Assembly (NCBI RefSeq): GCF_028641065.1
Contig: NC_073383.1
Coordinates: 53,444,001-53,508,000, forward strand
Length of the DNA: 64,000 nt
DNA from: Leucoraja erinacea
Lineage: Eukaryota
Direction of reading: 5' to 3'
The position numbers were made by a program, and so were the translations under genes. The notes under the pieces are model-generated. The model saw only the letters and a list, made by a program, of their open reading frames with translations, was not told the origin of the DNA and ran no database searches. The stretch's first letter is position 1; every line of letters begins with the position of its first letter. Below, piece after piece: positions 49,270-61,700 of this stretch.

Positions 49270-49312
49270 CATCAGCCTGAAGAAGGGTTTCGGCCCGAAA
49301 CGTCGCCTATTT
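49270..49312 (+). ncRNA. Minimal type-I hammerhead ribozyme motif (predicted)
   Basis: CUGAAGA at 49277-49283, extra A, stem II GGGU-UUCG-GCCC, GAAA at 49297-49300, palindromic ACGU, GUC triplet ending at 49304. Helix I is short (GC/GC). Confidence 0.7.
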
Positions 49313-49719
49313 CCTTCGCTCCATAGATGCTGCTGCATCCGCTGAGTTTCTCCAGCATTTTTGTGTACCTTCACGCAATACTTCATGTGCTCTCAATGAA
49401 TGCACTCAAGACTCTCCATGCCAACCTAATGATCCTTGTCTACCTTGCAGCGGGATAACTATATGTTGGTATTGCTATTATAAATTGTTTTACATGTGCT
49501 ATGGGAGAATGGTCTTTCCCTCTAGCAGACAAACAGGGCAACTCTTCTGTAGTTTTTGTAATTGGATGCTAGGTTTCTCTAGCAGAATGGCATCATGATT
49601 GGTTTAATGAGAATGATCAGAGGTTACAGGAGTTAGCTAATAACAACCACAAAGTCTTCTCATTGACAGCATCCAAACTTTTCGTTGCCACCAGTTGTCA
49701 CAAAAATTCACAGAGACAT

Positions 49720-50108
49720 ACAAGAAAAGACAAAAGGTGTGAGACAAAAGGATTGAAGAGTTGTGTATTGTGAAGCAAGAGGAAGGAATGTAGGGGGAGG
49801 GGAAGGGGAGAAATAGGTGCAAATCTAGGTGGAACACAGGTTAGGTCAGGGAGAAAAGTGGGTAGGGGAGAAAATAGGGTGTGAGAGAGAGAGGGGAGGA
49901 GGCTATTAGAGGTTACAAAAAATGTCAATATTCAATGTTCATACCATTAGGTTCATACCAAGTGGAATATGAGGTGCACTTCAACCAATTTGCATGGGGA
50001 CTCACTTTGGCAATGGAGAAGGCCCAGAACAGAAAGGCCAATATGTGAATGGGAAGAAGGGTTAAACTGGCTAGCAACAGAGAAAACTAGTATGTGTTGG
50101 CGGACCAA
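49720..50108 (-). mobile_element. Degenerate Penelope GIY-YIG remnant
   Basis: aatatgaggtgc...ctttggcaatggagaaggcccagaacagaaagg is the reverse complement of SVLGLLHCQS...HLIF. Confidence 0.75.
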
Positions 50109-50236
50109 AACGCATACAACACAGGAAAAGGCCCTTTGGCCACTATGTCTAAGCCAAGAATCAAATATCTAACCATAGGAATACTATTTACCAGCACTTA
50201 GTCCAACATGCACGATGATATGGACATTCAAGTTCT

Positions 50237-52118
50237 TTTTTTATTTTTTTTTTTTTTATTTTTTTTATTTTATTAGAAGTTAATACAGTACAAAACAGTA
50301 CAGTGGAACCTAATTTTAGGTGCCAATTATGTCATACCGTAATCCATTCTATGTACAACCTCTAGTTTTATGTTTTGAGAAGGAAGTAAGCAAGACAAGA
50401 AAAAGAAAACAATAGAAAGGGGAAAAAGAGGAAAAATAGATGGTAGAGAATAGAAAAACGTGAAGTGTGTATATAAAAAAAAGAAAAAGTGGAAAGTAGA
50501 AATAGGAGAGAAGGCCCCTTAAAAGAGAAATTTTCAAATCTTTATTCGGAGATGTAGATCTATCCACGTCATGAACTGAAATCAGCAATCTTTACGGTAC
50601 CGCTGCATCACATGATTCCAAAAAGTCGATGAAAGGAGACCAACTCCTTAAGAATTGGTCATATTTATCTATTAGTCGGAGTCTCATTTCTTCAAGGCGT
50701 GCTATGCCCATCATATTCCTAATCCACATTTTAACAGTTGGTATGGCTGTATTTTTCCAAAATGTAAGTATCAATTTCTTTCCAATTATTAACCCATAAT
50801 TAAAAAAAACGTTTTGGTCTTTATTTAAATTGATATCTTCTACTATTATTCCAAATATAATCCATTCCGTTTTAGGTTCTATTCTTGACTTGAAAAGCTT
50901 TGTAAATATACCTAATATATCGCTCCAAAATGTATTCAACTTTGTACATCCTACAAATGAATGTGTTATATTAGCGTTTTGAAAAAAACATTCATCGCAT
51001 CTGGGAGAGACGTTTGGATAAAATTTATTCAACCTCGTTTTTGAATAATATAGTCTATGTAATAATTTGAATTGATTTTTATTATGTTTTGCATTCATAG
51101 AACAATTATGTGTGTTCATCAGATACTTTTCCCATCTATCCTTCGAGATCTTTATCATTAGCTCATGTTCCCAATCTTCTCTTAGTGCTTCTGTTGAGGG
51201 TAATTCTCTATTTAATATATTATTATAAAAGTATGATATTAGTTTTTGTGAATCAGCCTTAATATTCATTGCTTCTTCTAGAAATATAGTTTGAAATCTA
51301 TGTGTATATTTCTTCATAAAGTCACATATCTGTATATATTTAAAATATTGATTATCCTTCAGTTTAAATTTTAATATTAAATGTTGAAATGATAACAGTT
51401 TGCCCAATTCATACATATTCCCTACTTTCCTAATCCCCAGTCTATCCCATTGTTGATATGTTTTGTCGATGAGAGATGGTTTGAATGCGGGGTTGTTCAA
51501 TAGTGGGGTTAGTACTGATAGATTAGTTAATTTCAAGGATACTTTTATTTGTTTCCAAATTCTTATTGTATTGTGAATAATTGGATTCTTCTTATATATT
51601 ATACTATTCAATTTTATCGGTGAGAGCAAGATCATTCCTATATCTTGCGGATAGCACTCCTCTTTCTCCATTCTTATCCACTCCAACTGCTTAGTGGAAC
51701 TATCCAACCAGTACATTATGTTCTTAATATGCACTGCCCAGTAGTAATACATGAGGTTAGGTAATGATAAACCCCCAACTTCTTTAGGTTTACACAAATG
51801 CTTTCGTTGAGTTCTGTGTGCTCTGTAATCCCATATAAAATTAGTGATAGTAGAATCTAGTTTTTTGAAAAAGTATTTTGGAATATATATTGGGATCGCT
51901 TGAAACAAATATATTAATTGTGGTAAGAAAGTCATTTTTAGAGCGTTAATTATACCTATCAGTGAGAGTGGGAGCGTTTTCCAAAATTTAATCATATCAT
52001 TCAGTTTATTTAATAGTGGCATAAAATTGGCACTAAATAATGATTTGTGTCTTCTCGTAATTTGAATACCCAGATACTTGAATTTTTCTGTTGCAATTTT
52101 GATGGGGAATTTATATAT
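50237..52118 (-). mobile_element. L1-clade LINE, 5'-truncated (paralogous to 1-4004)
   Basis: Poly(A)-type tail at about 50236-50272. Probable TSD att(c/t)aagttct at 50226-50236 and 52119-52129. Confidence 0.93.
50592..52022 (-). CDS. L1 ORF2 C-terminal fragment (476 aa open; post-RT region + Cys/His motif)
   Basis: GGLSLPNL.YYYWA, FKLLHRLY, PRCDEC...HSF..C and WSPF. Collinear with 2140-3631. Lacks the RT core. Confidence 0.75.
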   Translation of the reverse strand: MPLLNKLNDMIKFWKTLPLSLIGIINALKMTFLPQLIYLFQAIPIYIPKYFFKKLDSTITNFIWDYRAHRTQRKHLCKPKEVGGLSLPNLMYYYWAVHIKNIMYWLDSSTKQLEWIRMEKEECYPQDIGMILLSPIKLNSIIYKKNPIIHNTIRIWKQIKVSLKLTNLSVLTPLLNNPAFKPSLIDKTYQQWDRLGIRKVGNMYELGKLLSFQHLILKFKLKDNQYFKYIQICDFMKKYTHRFQTIFLEEAMNIKADSQKLISYFYNNILNRELPSTEALREDWEHELMIKISKDRWEKYLMNTHNCSMNAKHNKNQFKLLHRLYYSKTRLNKFYPNVSPRCDECFFQNANITHSFVGCTKLNTFWSDILGIFTKLFKSRIEPKTEWIIFGIIVEDINLNKDQNVFFNYGLIIGKKLILTFWKNTAIPTVKMWIRNMMGIARLEEMRLRLIDKYDQFLRSWSPFIDFLESCDAAVP

Positions 52119-52721
52119 ATTTAAGTTCTGGTTAACATTATTTCCTGTTTGGACATGAATAATGGAAACTACATTCAGGGATTCCAGAGAACATGGGTAA
52201 TTTAACTGGCTGCCAGGTGACTGGATGATCTATACCCAGAGAGGAAAACAGAGTTCACCCTGGAATCTGGTTAGGTCAAGATTCTTCTATCATTAGGAAG
52301 TGAATTAGAACTTACAAATCATTGAGCTTTTTTGTCTTACAGAGAGCAATGAATATTTAGTTTTTTAAAGAAAGTAAATAGGCAAAAAAAGCTGGAAATA
52401 CAAATATACGACCATGTGCGGCATAGGAGCAGAGTAAATGTTGAATGAAGCTTTAACTCTGTCTGCAACAAATGCTGCTTCACCTGCTTTCATTTCCAAT
52501 ATTTCTATTTGGTCTAAGACTTTCAAAGGATTAAAAAAAAATTATTGAACTTAGGGAAACAGGAACGGTAGACAGTTTTGAAACAAAATGTATCTATTGT
52601 CACACTCCATCTTGTGATAAAGAAAAGTGCACCTATTGCCACCCTTCATCTTGTGATATGGAAACATGTTCAATCCAGAACAATGTGTGTCAGTGGTACA
52701 CTTGCACTCACCATTGTCTTA

Positions 52722-53018
52722 TTTAGTTTAGAGATACAACATGGAAACAGGCTCTTCAGCCCATCAAGTCAACGCCAACTATTCAGCATTGCTCTATGTT
52801 ATTCCACATTTCCTAAATACTGCCAGCAATTTACAGACATCAATTAACCTACAGTCCTGCATGTCTTTGGCATGTGGGGGTAACCAGAGTACATGGAAAA
52901 AACCCACACATTCACAGAGAGAACATGCAAACTCCACACAGACAGCAGCCAAGTTTCAGGATCAAACCTGGGTCTCTGGTACTGCGAGGCAGTGGCTCTA
53001 CCAGCTGTGCCACTGTGC
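52722..53018 (-). mobile_element. tRNA-derived V-SINE/HE1-like SINE, near full length
   Basis: Minus strand has A-box tggcacagctggta, B-box ggtttgatcc, gtggagtttgcatgttctc V-domain, and a CR1-derived tail ending in (CTAAA)n. Confidence 0.85.
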
Positions 53019-55454
53019 GAATCAGGAGGGCATCTGTTCTTCAAATGAGAAATGGCATCCACTAGGTTGGCTTTACCCTGATGGGTGATGCTCAGCGCTG
53101 CCCAATGATGTCTACCTTTATAAAATATCACAAGGCAAGCACAACTACAAAAATGCTTCAATAGCTTACAACATCAAGACCCAGGATAATTATCTGTTCC
53201 TATCTGCAATAAAATGCATTTGGAAGATGAAAAACAAACCAAACATATTTCCAGGATCCTTTAACTAAGCAAAGTATGCCAAGTACATCACAAGAGTGTT
53301 ATCAAGTAGTCTACAGGAAGCTGATGCACTGTTCTTGGAATCCAAAGTGGGATCTAACTTGAAAGATAAACTGGGAAAAAGAGCCAAGCACATTATAACG
53401 TTAAATAGTTCCACATTCACATCGAGTATTTACAGAGGTAAAGGTAGCAGTTTCTTGCAGCACTACTAGCTTTTCCGATAAGAAACTGGGCCAATGAACA
53501 CTGTTGGCATGTCTTGATTGCTGTGTTAACCAAAATTTTGTGCAGGACAAACTGGGGGTGGGTGGATTTCAGAGACAATACCCTACAATAATAAACAATC
53601 ATATTTGCGTGTAGGCACCTCCAGAGGTGGTCAAATTTCAATGTTTACATATGCCCTCAAGAAGAAGAATCTTTTATTTCTCATAAACCAGCAACAAATT
53701 TGATAGTAAAATATACAAGTTTGGTTGGCACCATACTAAAGGTAGATTTTACATTCACTCAGCAGTCCATTTCAATTGATTTACTTTGAACATTATATTT
53801 ACACTTGTTCTTTTTTATGCCTTAAACAACTTCCACCTCCAGTAATTTGTCAGCAGACCTATCGATTACAAACCAACCCCCTCATATTCAGGAGTGCATT
53901 CTTGGTAAACGCCTCACTGGTTTTAAATTAATATATGTTCTCTGAACAGTAAATGTGAATGTAGGAGCGTTGGGACAAGATAATAAGTTAACCATTGTCT
54001 GTGGTCATTATATAAGTACATATTCAGTGCATATTACAGCACAACACATTCATTTATAAGGAGTCTGACCCCATCGGAACTCTCTTGAGCATCAACCATG
54101 GCTCTTAATAATTACGGATATCCAACTCATTTTCATGAAAAAGTGTTCAAACAAATCTCAAGAACTGACAATTATACATTACAAGTATATTGATTTCCAT
54201 TTTATAGCATACATTATTTTTACAGATATGTGGCCTTGGTACTCAGAATGGATTTTTATAAATGTGCATTAGATACTGCAGTATATGAAGAAAAAGATGC
54301 TAAAGGTCGATCTATCAAAAATGACAACCCACGGGCATGGTCCATTTTTCATATGTCTCCTACTCTTATGCAAAATAAAACACCCCCATGGGTATTTTTA
54401 TTCGAGGAGACCCTTCACAACATACTAATGATATGAGACTGGATACTAGATAGTGAATGCATTTTTTTCTTGTACAAAACATTATGAAATACATCAACTC
54501 AGCAGGTAATTCAGTTTTAAATATGTGGAATCGTATTAAATTGCTTGAGCAAAATTTAATAAAATCTCACTTGAAGTGTTTTTGTTTTCTTTGTTGCGAG
54601 TTCAATTCGTGGACATGCTGATTACTGCTGAAAATTATGAATTAACATTCACACCAAGGCTTCATGAGAACATTTCACCTTCAATTAACCTTTCAGCTGT
54701 TAAGTGTTCTCAGCAAATTTAAAAACGGAGAAAAGGACTTCTGGGCTTTAATATGTGAACTGGGAGACAGACAATTTAAATGAGATAATACCAAGATTTT
54801 TTCCAAATTGCTTGCTTTAAAAAGCATAGCTGTCACCTTTATGAGCCACAGACTGCAGATTTGCTACCAAAGCATTCAATCTGGGTGTGCATGCTCAATT
54901 AAAACCAAAGCAATTGATGATCATAAGCGGCAGATTTACAACCGGATTTCTTAGCTCTTTATTTCTACTGTTTATTTTGCATAATTATTTCCTCTTTAGT
55001 GAAGAAAATGAACTAAAAATGAATTTAGCCACAATACGAGCCATTGCATTGCTAAATATTAACAGATTTTCCCTGCATAAAATCAAATTCTCATGGATGA
55101 ATCTTATAGTCAATGCTCAAGGATGAATTATCTGGACACCTGTTAGATGACCATTTGGATCGTTGAATTCCTGCTAATTATTTGAAAGAGTAATTCAATT
55201 AATCATTCTCCCATGACTAAAGTTCTCCAACTACAGGTAACTTGATTTATCCACCTGTACAAATCATCCACTGGTGATATTGGCTCTGTTTGTTTTTTAG
55301 TCTGGAATGGAGACATGCCCAGTCTAATCTACTTTGCATTTCACAACCTCCTCATTCTTTGAACTATGTTGTCACTCTGTAACTGTTCACATGCACGCAT
55401 TGATCAGATGAAGTTGTTTTTAGCTTATTTATATGGTCACCCCAGTTCATAAAT

Positions 55455-55572
55455 TCAGAAGTTCAAAAGTAATAGGAGCAGAATTAGGCCATTCAGCCCA
55501 TCAAGTCTACTCTGTCATTTAATCACGGCTGATCTATCTTTCCCTCTTAATTACATTATTCTGCCTTCTCCA
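55455..55572 (-). mobile_element. CR1/SINE 3' tail fragment
   Basis: ggagcagaattaggccattcagcccatcaagtc. Confidence 0.65.
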
Positions 55573-56161
55573 CTGGTCAGTTGCACCCTTTCAGATACAA
55601 ATTTACAAGCTATTTTGTGCCTCCTTTTCTGTTCTGATGTTCTCTGACCTGAAACATTGATTTTTCTGAAATATTGTTTATCTTCAACAATAGTATCCTG
55701 GCCTGCTGAGTATTTCCAACATTTTCTGTTTGTGTTTGTGTTTAGATTTCCATCATCAGCAGTTTTTTTTTTTCATTTTAACTCCCCATATCCAATGTAC
55801 TTTTGCCATTAAAGGAAACCTATGATTTCTGGTTTCTGACCTTTTTGTCTGTCTTTCAAAACAGTTTTGTCCTATCTTCTTTTTCAAAACTATTCATCAT
55901 TTTCACCAGATCCAAAACATTTTCCCTTAATCTTTTCTGTTCTAAAGAGAATACCATTAGCTTCAGTAGTCTTTATGTACAACTTACATTCCATATTTCT
56001 GGTATGTATCTGATTAATCTTATTCATCTGTAAACTAAAATCTTCAAAGCATGACAGGAAGACTATTAAAGTTTAAAAACATTGTACCAGTTTAACATAT
56101 TTGTGTCTCAAATAAAAAGGCAATATAAAGTGAAATTTGAAACATCTAGCCACATTATAAA

Positions 56162-57120
56162 GATGTAGAAACAAGGAACTGCATGTGGTGACCTTTAGAT
56201 AAAGCACAAAGTGCTGGAGCAACTCAGCGGGTCAGGTAGCACCTTTGGAGAACATGGATAAGTGCCTTTTCAGGCCGGGACTCCTATTCTGAATGTGCAG
56301 GAGTGGGTGGGGTGGGGTGGGAAATCCCTCACCTATATCTTGCTGGGCTTTGTCCTACCGCTCCTCACTTCCAGCTTTCTTTCCCGCTACACCACAATTA
56401 GGATGAAGAAGGACCCAACTCAAAACGTCACCAAGCCATGTTCTCCAGAGATGCTGCCAGACCTGCTCAGTTACTCCAGCATTTTGTATAGCAATGTAGA
56501 AACAACAAACAGCAAATGCTGGTTTACAAAAAAGGTCATGAAGTGCTGGAGTAACTCAAAGAAGGCAGAATCGGGAACACAGGATGTAGTAGATAAGGTT
56601 AGGGGAGGTGCACGTGAACCTCGGTCTCACTGCAAAGGCATGCTGCGGTCCCTTGATGGATGTGAGGGAGGAGGTTTAGGGACAGGTGTCACACTTCCCA
56701 TGGTTGCAGGGGAAAGTATCTGGGGGGGGGGGGGGGGGAAGGTTTGGATATTTATTAAATAAATATAAGGAGTTGTGTGAAGGGAGTGGTCAGAAAGGGG
56801 TGGGATGGGATGATGTAACTAGATGATGTAGGATCACAGTGGAGGTGGCAGAAATGTCAGAGAATGGTGTGTTAGATGTGATGGTTAATTGGGAGACTGG
56901 TGAAGACCAGGGAATGCTCATTCTCCACGTGGAGCAGGGAGGTGGAAGAGGGGGGGGTGGGGTCATGGGGGTCATGAGAGCAGAAGTGCGGGACACAGAG
57001 GGGATGTGGGTGAGGGATCAATCTATGACGACAGGGGGGGAATCTATGTTTCCTAAAGAAAGAGGGCATGTCAGATATCTTAGTATGGAAAGCCTAAACT
57101 TGGGAGCAGATGCGGAGAAG
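56162..57120. mobile_element. Rearranged Penelope element: inverted pLTR copies plus minus-strand ORF remnant
   Basis: pLTR minus at 56162-56292, plus at about 56330-56490, minus at 56493-56558. This is followed by GIY-YIG/linker/RT remnant homologous to 13140-13575. Confidence 0.8.
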
Positions 57121-57267
57121 ACAGATTTTTTAAAAACAAAGCAATGGATAAGTAAAGATTGTTCAAATGGTGGGAGAATGGTGACAGCTTCCTCGTTTAT
57201 CTTCAGTGTTACTTTGTCTTAGACTTGAAGGGCTGAATGCCCTAATTCTGCTCCTATCACATGAACT

Positions 57268-57392
57268 TAGTTTGTGGGAGGAAAACTGGAACACCCAGGG
57301 AAAACCCACATGGTCATAGTGAGAATATACAAACTGTGTACAGAGTTTCTGGCATAGTAATGCAGCAACTCTACCACTGCACTACTGTGCAG
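57268..57392 (-). mobile_element. V-SINE/HE1-like fragment
   Basis: gtgggaggaaaactggaacacccagggaaaacccac...ctctaccactgcactactgtgc. Confidence 0.65.
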
Positions 57393-57528
57393 CACAAAAC
57401 TATTCAAAAAAAATGCCATGAAAAATAATTGCAAATTCAACAGGTCAAAAGGATAGAAATAACATTGGGCATTATTTCACACCTGTAATCACATGAAAGA
57501 TTATTAAAATTGTCTCAGTCCTAGAAAT

Positions 57529-57643
57529 GTGTATGAAAGAACTGCAGATGCTGGCTTAAATCAAAGACAGACAAAACATCATCCATTCGCTCTCTCCAGA
57601 GATGCTGCCTGTCCCGCTGAGTTACTCCTGCATTTTGTGTCTA
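57529..57643. mobile_element. Penelope pLTR-derived inverted fragment with 14-bp TSD
   Basis: tcagtcctagaaat at 57515-57528 and 57644-57657. Confidence 0.85.
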
Positions 57644-58429
57644 TCAGTCCTAGAAATTACTTAACAATGTTGGGAGCATTGGATTATTACCATTGTAATC
57701 TGAGCTGACCTGGGATTGGCAAATATTACTGGAAGGCATTTTTGAAGATTTGATTAAGTGATGCCTGATATCTGATCTAAGAGCTACAGATTGCAAAAAA
57801 TCTTCCCAAAGTTTTGAAAGGTTTTGTATTTCTTTCTATGGTGCTTGGATCATCAAGTTGTGCACTTTATACATTGGCAGCTGAAACACACAAAGTCCTT
57901 AGAATTGAAAGGTACATCAGAGTTGTTTGAAGAGGGAGGTCAGTTCTCCTCTGTAGTTCCTGAATAGAATGTACTTGCTGCCGTGACATTGCATTTAATT
58001 TTTAACTGTGTATCATCAATCTTCCCTCCTAGTTCACATCAACACCCACCCCCACCAATTCTCATAACATAAAACCGGAGAAGTAGATTGAAATATGTTT
58101 TATTCATTAAAGCCATTTTTTGACCTCTTCTCATATATTCTTTATTCCATTCTGGATTGCATGCTTCTGAATGCACAGCATTCTTTGTGAAAGGATTCTT
58201 GACCAAAGTTGAAGCTGGGCAAGGAACTTGCAAAGTTATTACTTGTGAAGTACTATTATTAAAATCAACAGACTTCCTTGATCTCCACCTTGTTACACCA
58301 GGTCCTAAACCTAATTCCAGATTTCTCCTGAATACACCTTTGGCACTGGGGCTATGATTTTATTTGCACTGCTCAATTTTGAAGCATGCATTGAATTGTG
58401 ATAAATAGTATTCTTATTTTGTTATTGTT

Positions 58430-58775
58430 TCATCACCGTGACAGATTCAGTAAAAGTTTTTGTTTATGTGCTATCCAGTAAGATTAAATGATACAATATA
58501 ATACTCTACGAGGCCTACAATCAACCCATACACAAACAAGTACAGTGGGTAGAGCAAAGAGAGAAAAAACTATAATGCAGAATATAGTTTTACACTATTT
58601 ATAGCTTTACTATTGCAGAGAAAAAAGTCCAATGTTCTCAGTGAGGTAGGCTGGAAGATCATGATTGCATCCTAGCTTATGGGAGGATCATTGAGTGGTC
58701 TGATAACAGTGGGGATGAATCTGGTGGTATGTGTTTTCAAGCTTTTGTATCTTCTGCCTGACAGGAGAGGGGAAA
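58430..58775 (-). mobile_element. Old Rex1/Babar-like 3' remnant
   Basis: caagcttttgtatcttctgcctgacaggagagg is the reverse complement of PLLSGRRYKSL. Confidence 0.55.
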
Positions 58776-59195
58776 CTTTCCATTAATATCCGTTATGTGT
58801 AATATTTAGTTGGGATTCTAATCAGGAGAAAGACAATGCTAATGAAGGCTTAGAGCTTTCTGCTGCTCCAGAGGTTTCATTAGATTAACAAAAAAACATA
58901 TTTTACAGTTATTTTTGGCTCAGAATTCATTTAGCAACACTCTGGTTTGTCATGAGTAGCATGATGAATGCTGTTCTCAGTGCTTGGTTAAAGCATGTTG
59001 TCAAGGTTCAAACAAGATCATCAGATCCATCAGACATTTTCAATGTTAATGAGACACAATACTTCTGAAAGCTGGGAGTTTGAATACAGGTACAGCATGA
59101 ATAGGTGTCCAAATGGGCAATTTCTACTCGAACCCTTGTCCCGCCAATTGTTTCATTTATCGCAGTCATGGGAAGTTGCAATTGAAGTTCTAGAA

Positions 59196-59420
59196 AATAA
59201 CACAAAGCGCCGGAGTAATTCATTGTTTAAGAAGGAACTGCAGATGCTGGAAAATTGAAGGTAGACAAAAATGCTGGAGAAACTCAGAGGGTGAGGCAGC
59301 ATCTATGGAGCGAAGGAAATAGGCAACATTTCGGGTCGAGACCTTTCTTCAGATCAAAGGAGTAATTCATTGGGTCAGATGCATGGATAGGTGATGTTTG
59401 GGTTGGGACCCTTCTTCAGA
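59196..59420 (-). mobile_element. Two nested Penelope pLTR-derived copies
   Basis: Inner copy 59226-59358 is flanked by ggagtaattcattg (59212-59225, 59359-59372) inside an older copy. Confidence 0.88.
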
Positions 59421-59887
59421 CAAGCTTCTAGGTTTCTTTTTCTAGCATTATTCTTATCCCATTGAAATAACTTAGGTGACAAAAAAAATCTTCTGTACAT
59501 TGAAATACGATTTTTTTTTCAATAAATGACAAAATGATAGTTGATTTTATTAGACTTCCTATAGGTTGCTCTATTCCCAGGCACAAACTTTTATGTCCAT
59601 TTTTTTCACATTTTAGTTACCCGGTGATTGATCATGACAGGCTTTCTTTTGAAGATAATGCTTTTCAACTAAAGCTTTCCTTAAGGGCGCTGCTGGTTAA
59701 GACTGCATGGGTCCTTTGTGATTGGTCCTAAGGTTATTCCTATTTGATTATTGTTTCTGTCATCAATTTCTCTCGAAGTTGACAAACAATTCCTTTTCTG
59801 ACTTTGTCATGCAGGCAAGCTGAACATTTCCAGTGCTAACTACACCCGCTCAAATTGGTTACCATTTTGATTAACTTAGTCTAACAT

Positions 59888-60458
59888 AGGAAGGTGCACC
59901 AGCACCTCCATCTTCTTAGAGGTTTAAACAGATTTGGTATATTTTTAACAAATCTCAATAGATGTTCTGTAGAAAATACCCTGACTGGTTGCATCATGGC
60001 CTGGTACGGCGATTCCAATGCACATGAACACTGGTGGTGGCAGAGTATGGTGGATTCAGCCTGGAAGACACTCCCTCCATTGGAAATATCTACCTATGGC
60101 TCTGCCTCAAGAAGGCATCATCTATAATTAAGGATCCCCACCATCTGGGGCTTTCCCTCTTCGCACTGCTATGAGTTCCAAACTTCCAGGTTCAGGAGCA
60201 GCTGCCATTCTACAAATAGAATACTACGGTCCACCACTTGCATTTGTTTTTTTTTCCTAATTATGTGTTTTTGCATTAGCGTCTTGTTTTTTTTTGTCGT
60301 CTACTTTATTTTAGAAATGTCACCCATAATTTATGTATAATTTGTTTTTGACTGTATACGTCTATGTGCCTGTGATGCTACTGCAAGCAAGACTTTTTAT
60401 TGCACCTGTACCTCAACCTACTTGTGCACATGGCAATAAACACAACATGAATTGACTT
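59888..60458 (+). mobile_element. Old Rex1/Babar LINE 3' fragment
   Basis: RKVHQHLHLLRGLNRFG...RCSVENTLTGCIMAWYG, with an aataaa tail. Confidence 0.75.
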
Positions 60459-60649
60459 AAAAGCAGGGTGGACTTGTTACAACTGCAAAGGACCGAGCAG
60501 AGGTCACATTATCTGAAAGACTGCATTCAGTTTTTCCTAGACTATTTAAGAAAGAATATACTTGATCGGGTGCCAGTTCAGGAGAAGATTGATTTCTTAA
60601 GTAAAAAAATAATAATTTTATCAAAGAATTGAGAGAATTAGGCTGAAAG

Positions 60650-60785
60650 TCATAAGGTCATGTTCATAAGGAATAGTAGTAGAATTAGGCCATTCGGCTC
60701 ATCAAGTCTACCTCATTATTCAATCATGGCTGATCTATCTCTCCCTCCTAACCCCACTCTCCTGCCTTCTCCCCATAACCTCCGA
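60650..60785 (-). mobile_element. CR1/SINE 3' tail fragment
   Basis: gtagaattaggccattcggctcatcaagtc...tgccttctccccataacc. Confidence 0.7.
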
Positions 60786-60859
60786 CTACCTATGTTTATG
60801 AGAATACAATGTGATCTTGCAGAAAATAGTCCTTTTATTTTTAATTATTCATTTTCATC

Positions 60860-61700
60860 ATATGTTGTCAGCCAGACTTTCTTTGCCCATCACTAATTGC
60901 CCTTGAATCTATCACCTTGAATTTCTGCCATCCTTCTGGTGCAACTCTCAAGAAGGATTGGCAATATATTTTTAAGTCAGTAGAGGGTGTGATTTGTAGG
61001 GTAATCTGCAAGTGGTGATCGCATTCTGCGGTCGCCATTGGCTTTCTTCGTGCTGGAGGTTGCGAGTTTGAGAGATGTTATCAACGCCTTTTGCGCAAGT
61101 AACTGCAAACCTGTTGTAGATTGTACACACAGCAAAAAACTGTCTGCTGATGGTGGAGGAAATCGATGTTAAGATGATTGATGATGTGCTAATCAAAAAA
61201 AATGCTATGTTCTAAAAGGGTTGCAACTCCACTTACCCAGGCATTCTGCAAATTTTCTCTCGTGCTCCCAACTTACAACATGTAAATGGTGACATCTAGA
61301 GAGTGCCAGTCAAGAGCATGAAAGAGTACATTTCAGGCACCCACTCGGTGAATAGCTCTTGAAACCATAGTATTTATATGGCTGGCTGAGTTGAATTACT
61401 CATCAGAGATGACCCCGTAATATTGTTAATGGAAGACTTAATTAAATAATGCTATTGAAAGTCTGGTTGGCTAGATTCTCCCTCGTTGATGATGGGCATT
61501 AGATGGTGCTTTTGTGGCACAATTAATGCCACTTATCACCCCATGTCTAATCATTGTCCAGATCTTGTTGTAAGTAAGCATGGACTGTTTTCTATGCTGA
61601 AGACTTGCAAATGGAATTGAAATTGTACAGTAAGCAGTAAACATCCCCACCTCCGTACTTACATTGGAAAGAAGCTAAGCAATGAAGTGGCTGAGTTTTG
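60860..61700 (-). mobile_element. Ancient unclassified LINE remnant
   Basis: ttgcccatcactaattgcccttg motif is shared with 29690-29760. Heavily decayed. Confidence 0.35.

Larger units (their letters stand above)
48627..49369 (+). mobile_element. Penelope-like element (Neptune-type), 5'-truncated, young
   Basis: Open GIY-YIG frame followed by pLTR. Flanking ttcac(a/g)caa duplication at 48618-48626 and 49370-49378. Confidence 0.93.

Noticed and set aside
52960-53018. tRNA gene
   Set aside because: The A/B boxes belong to a SINE head. No complete cloverleaf, and a V-domain and LINE tail follow.
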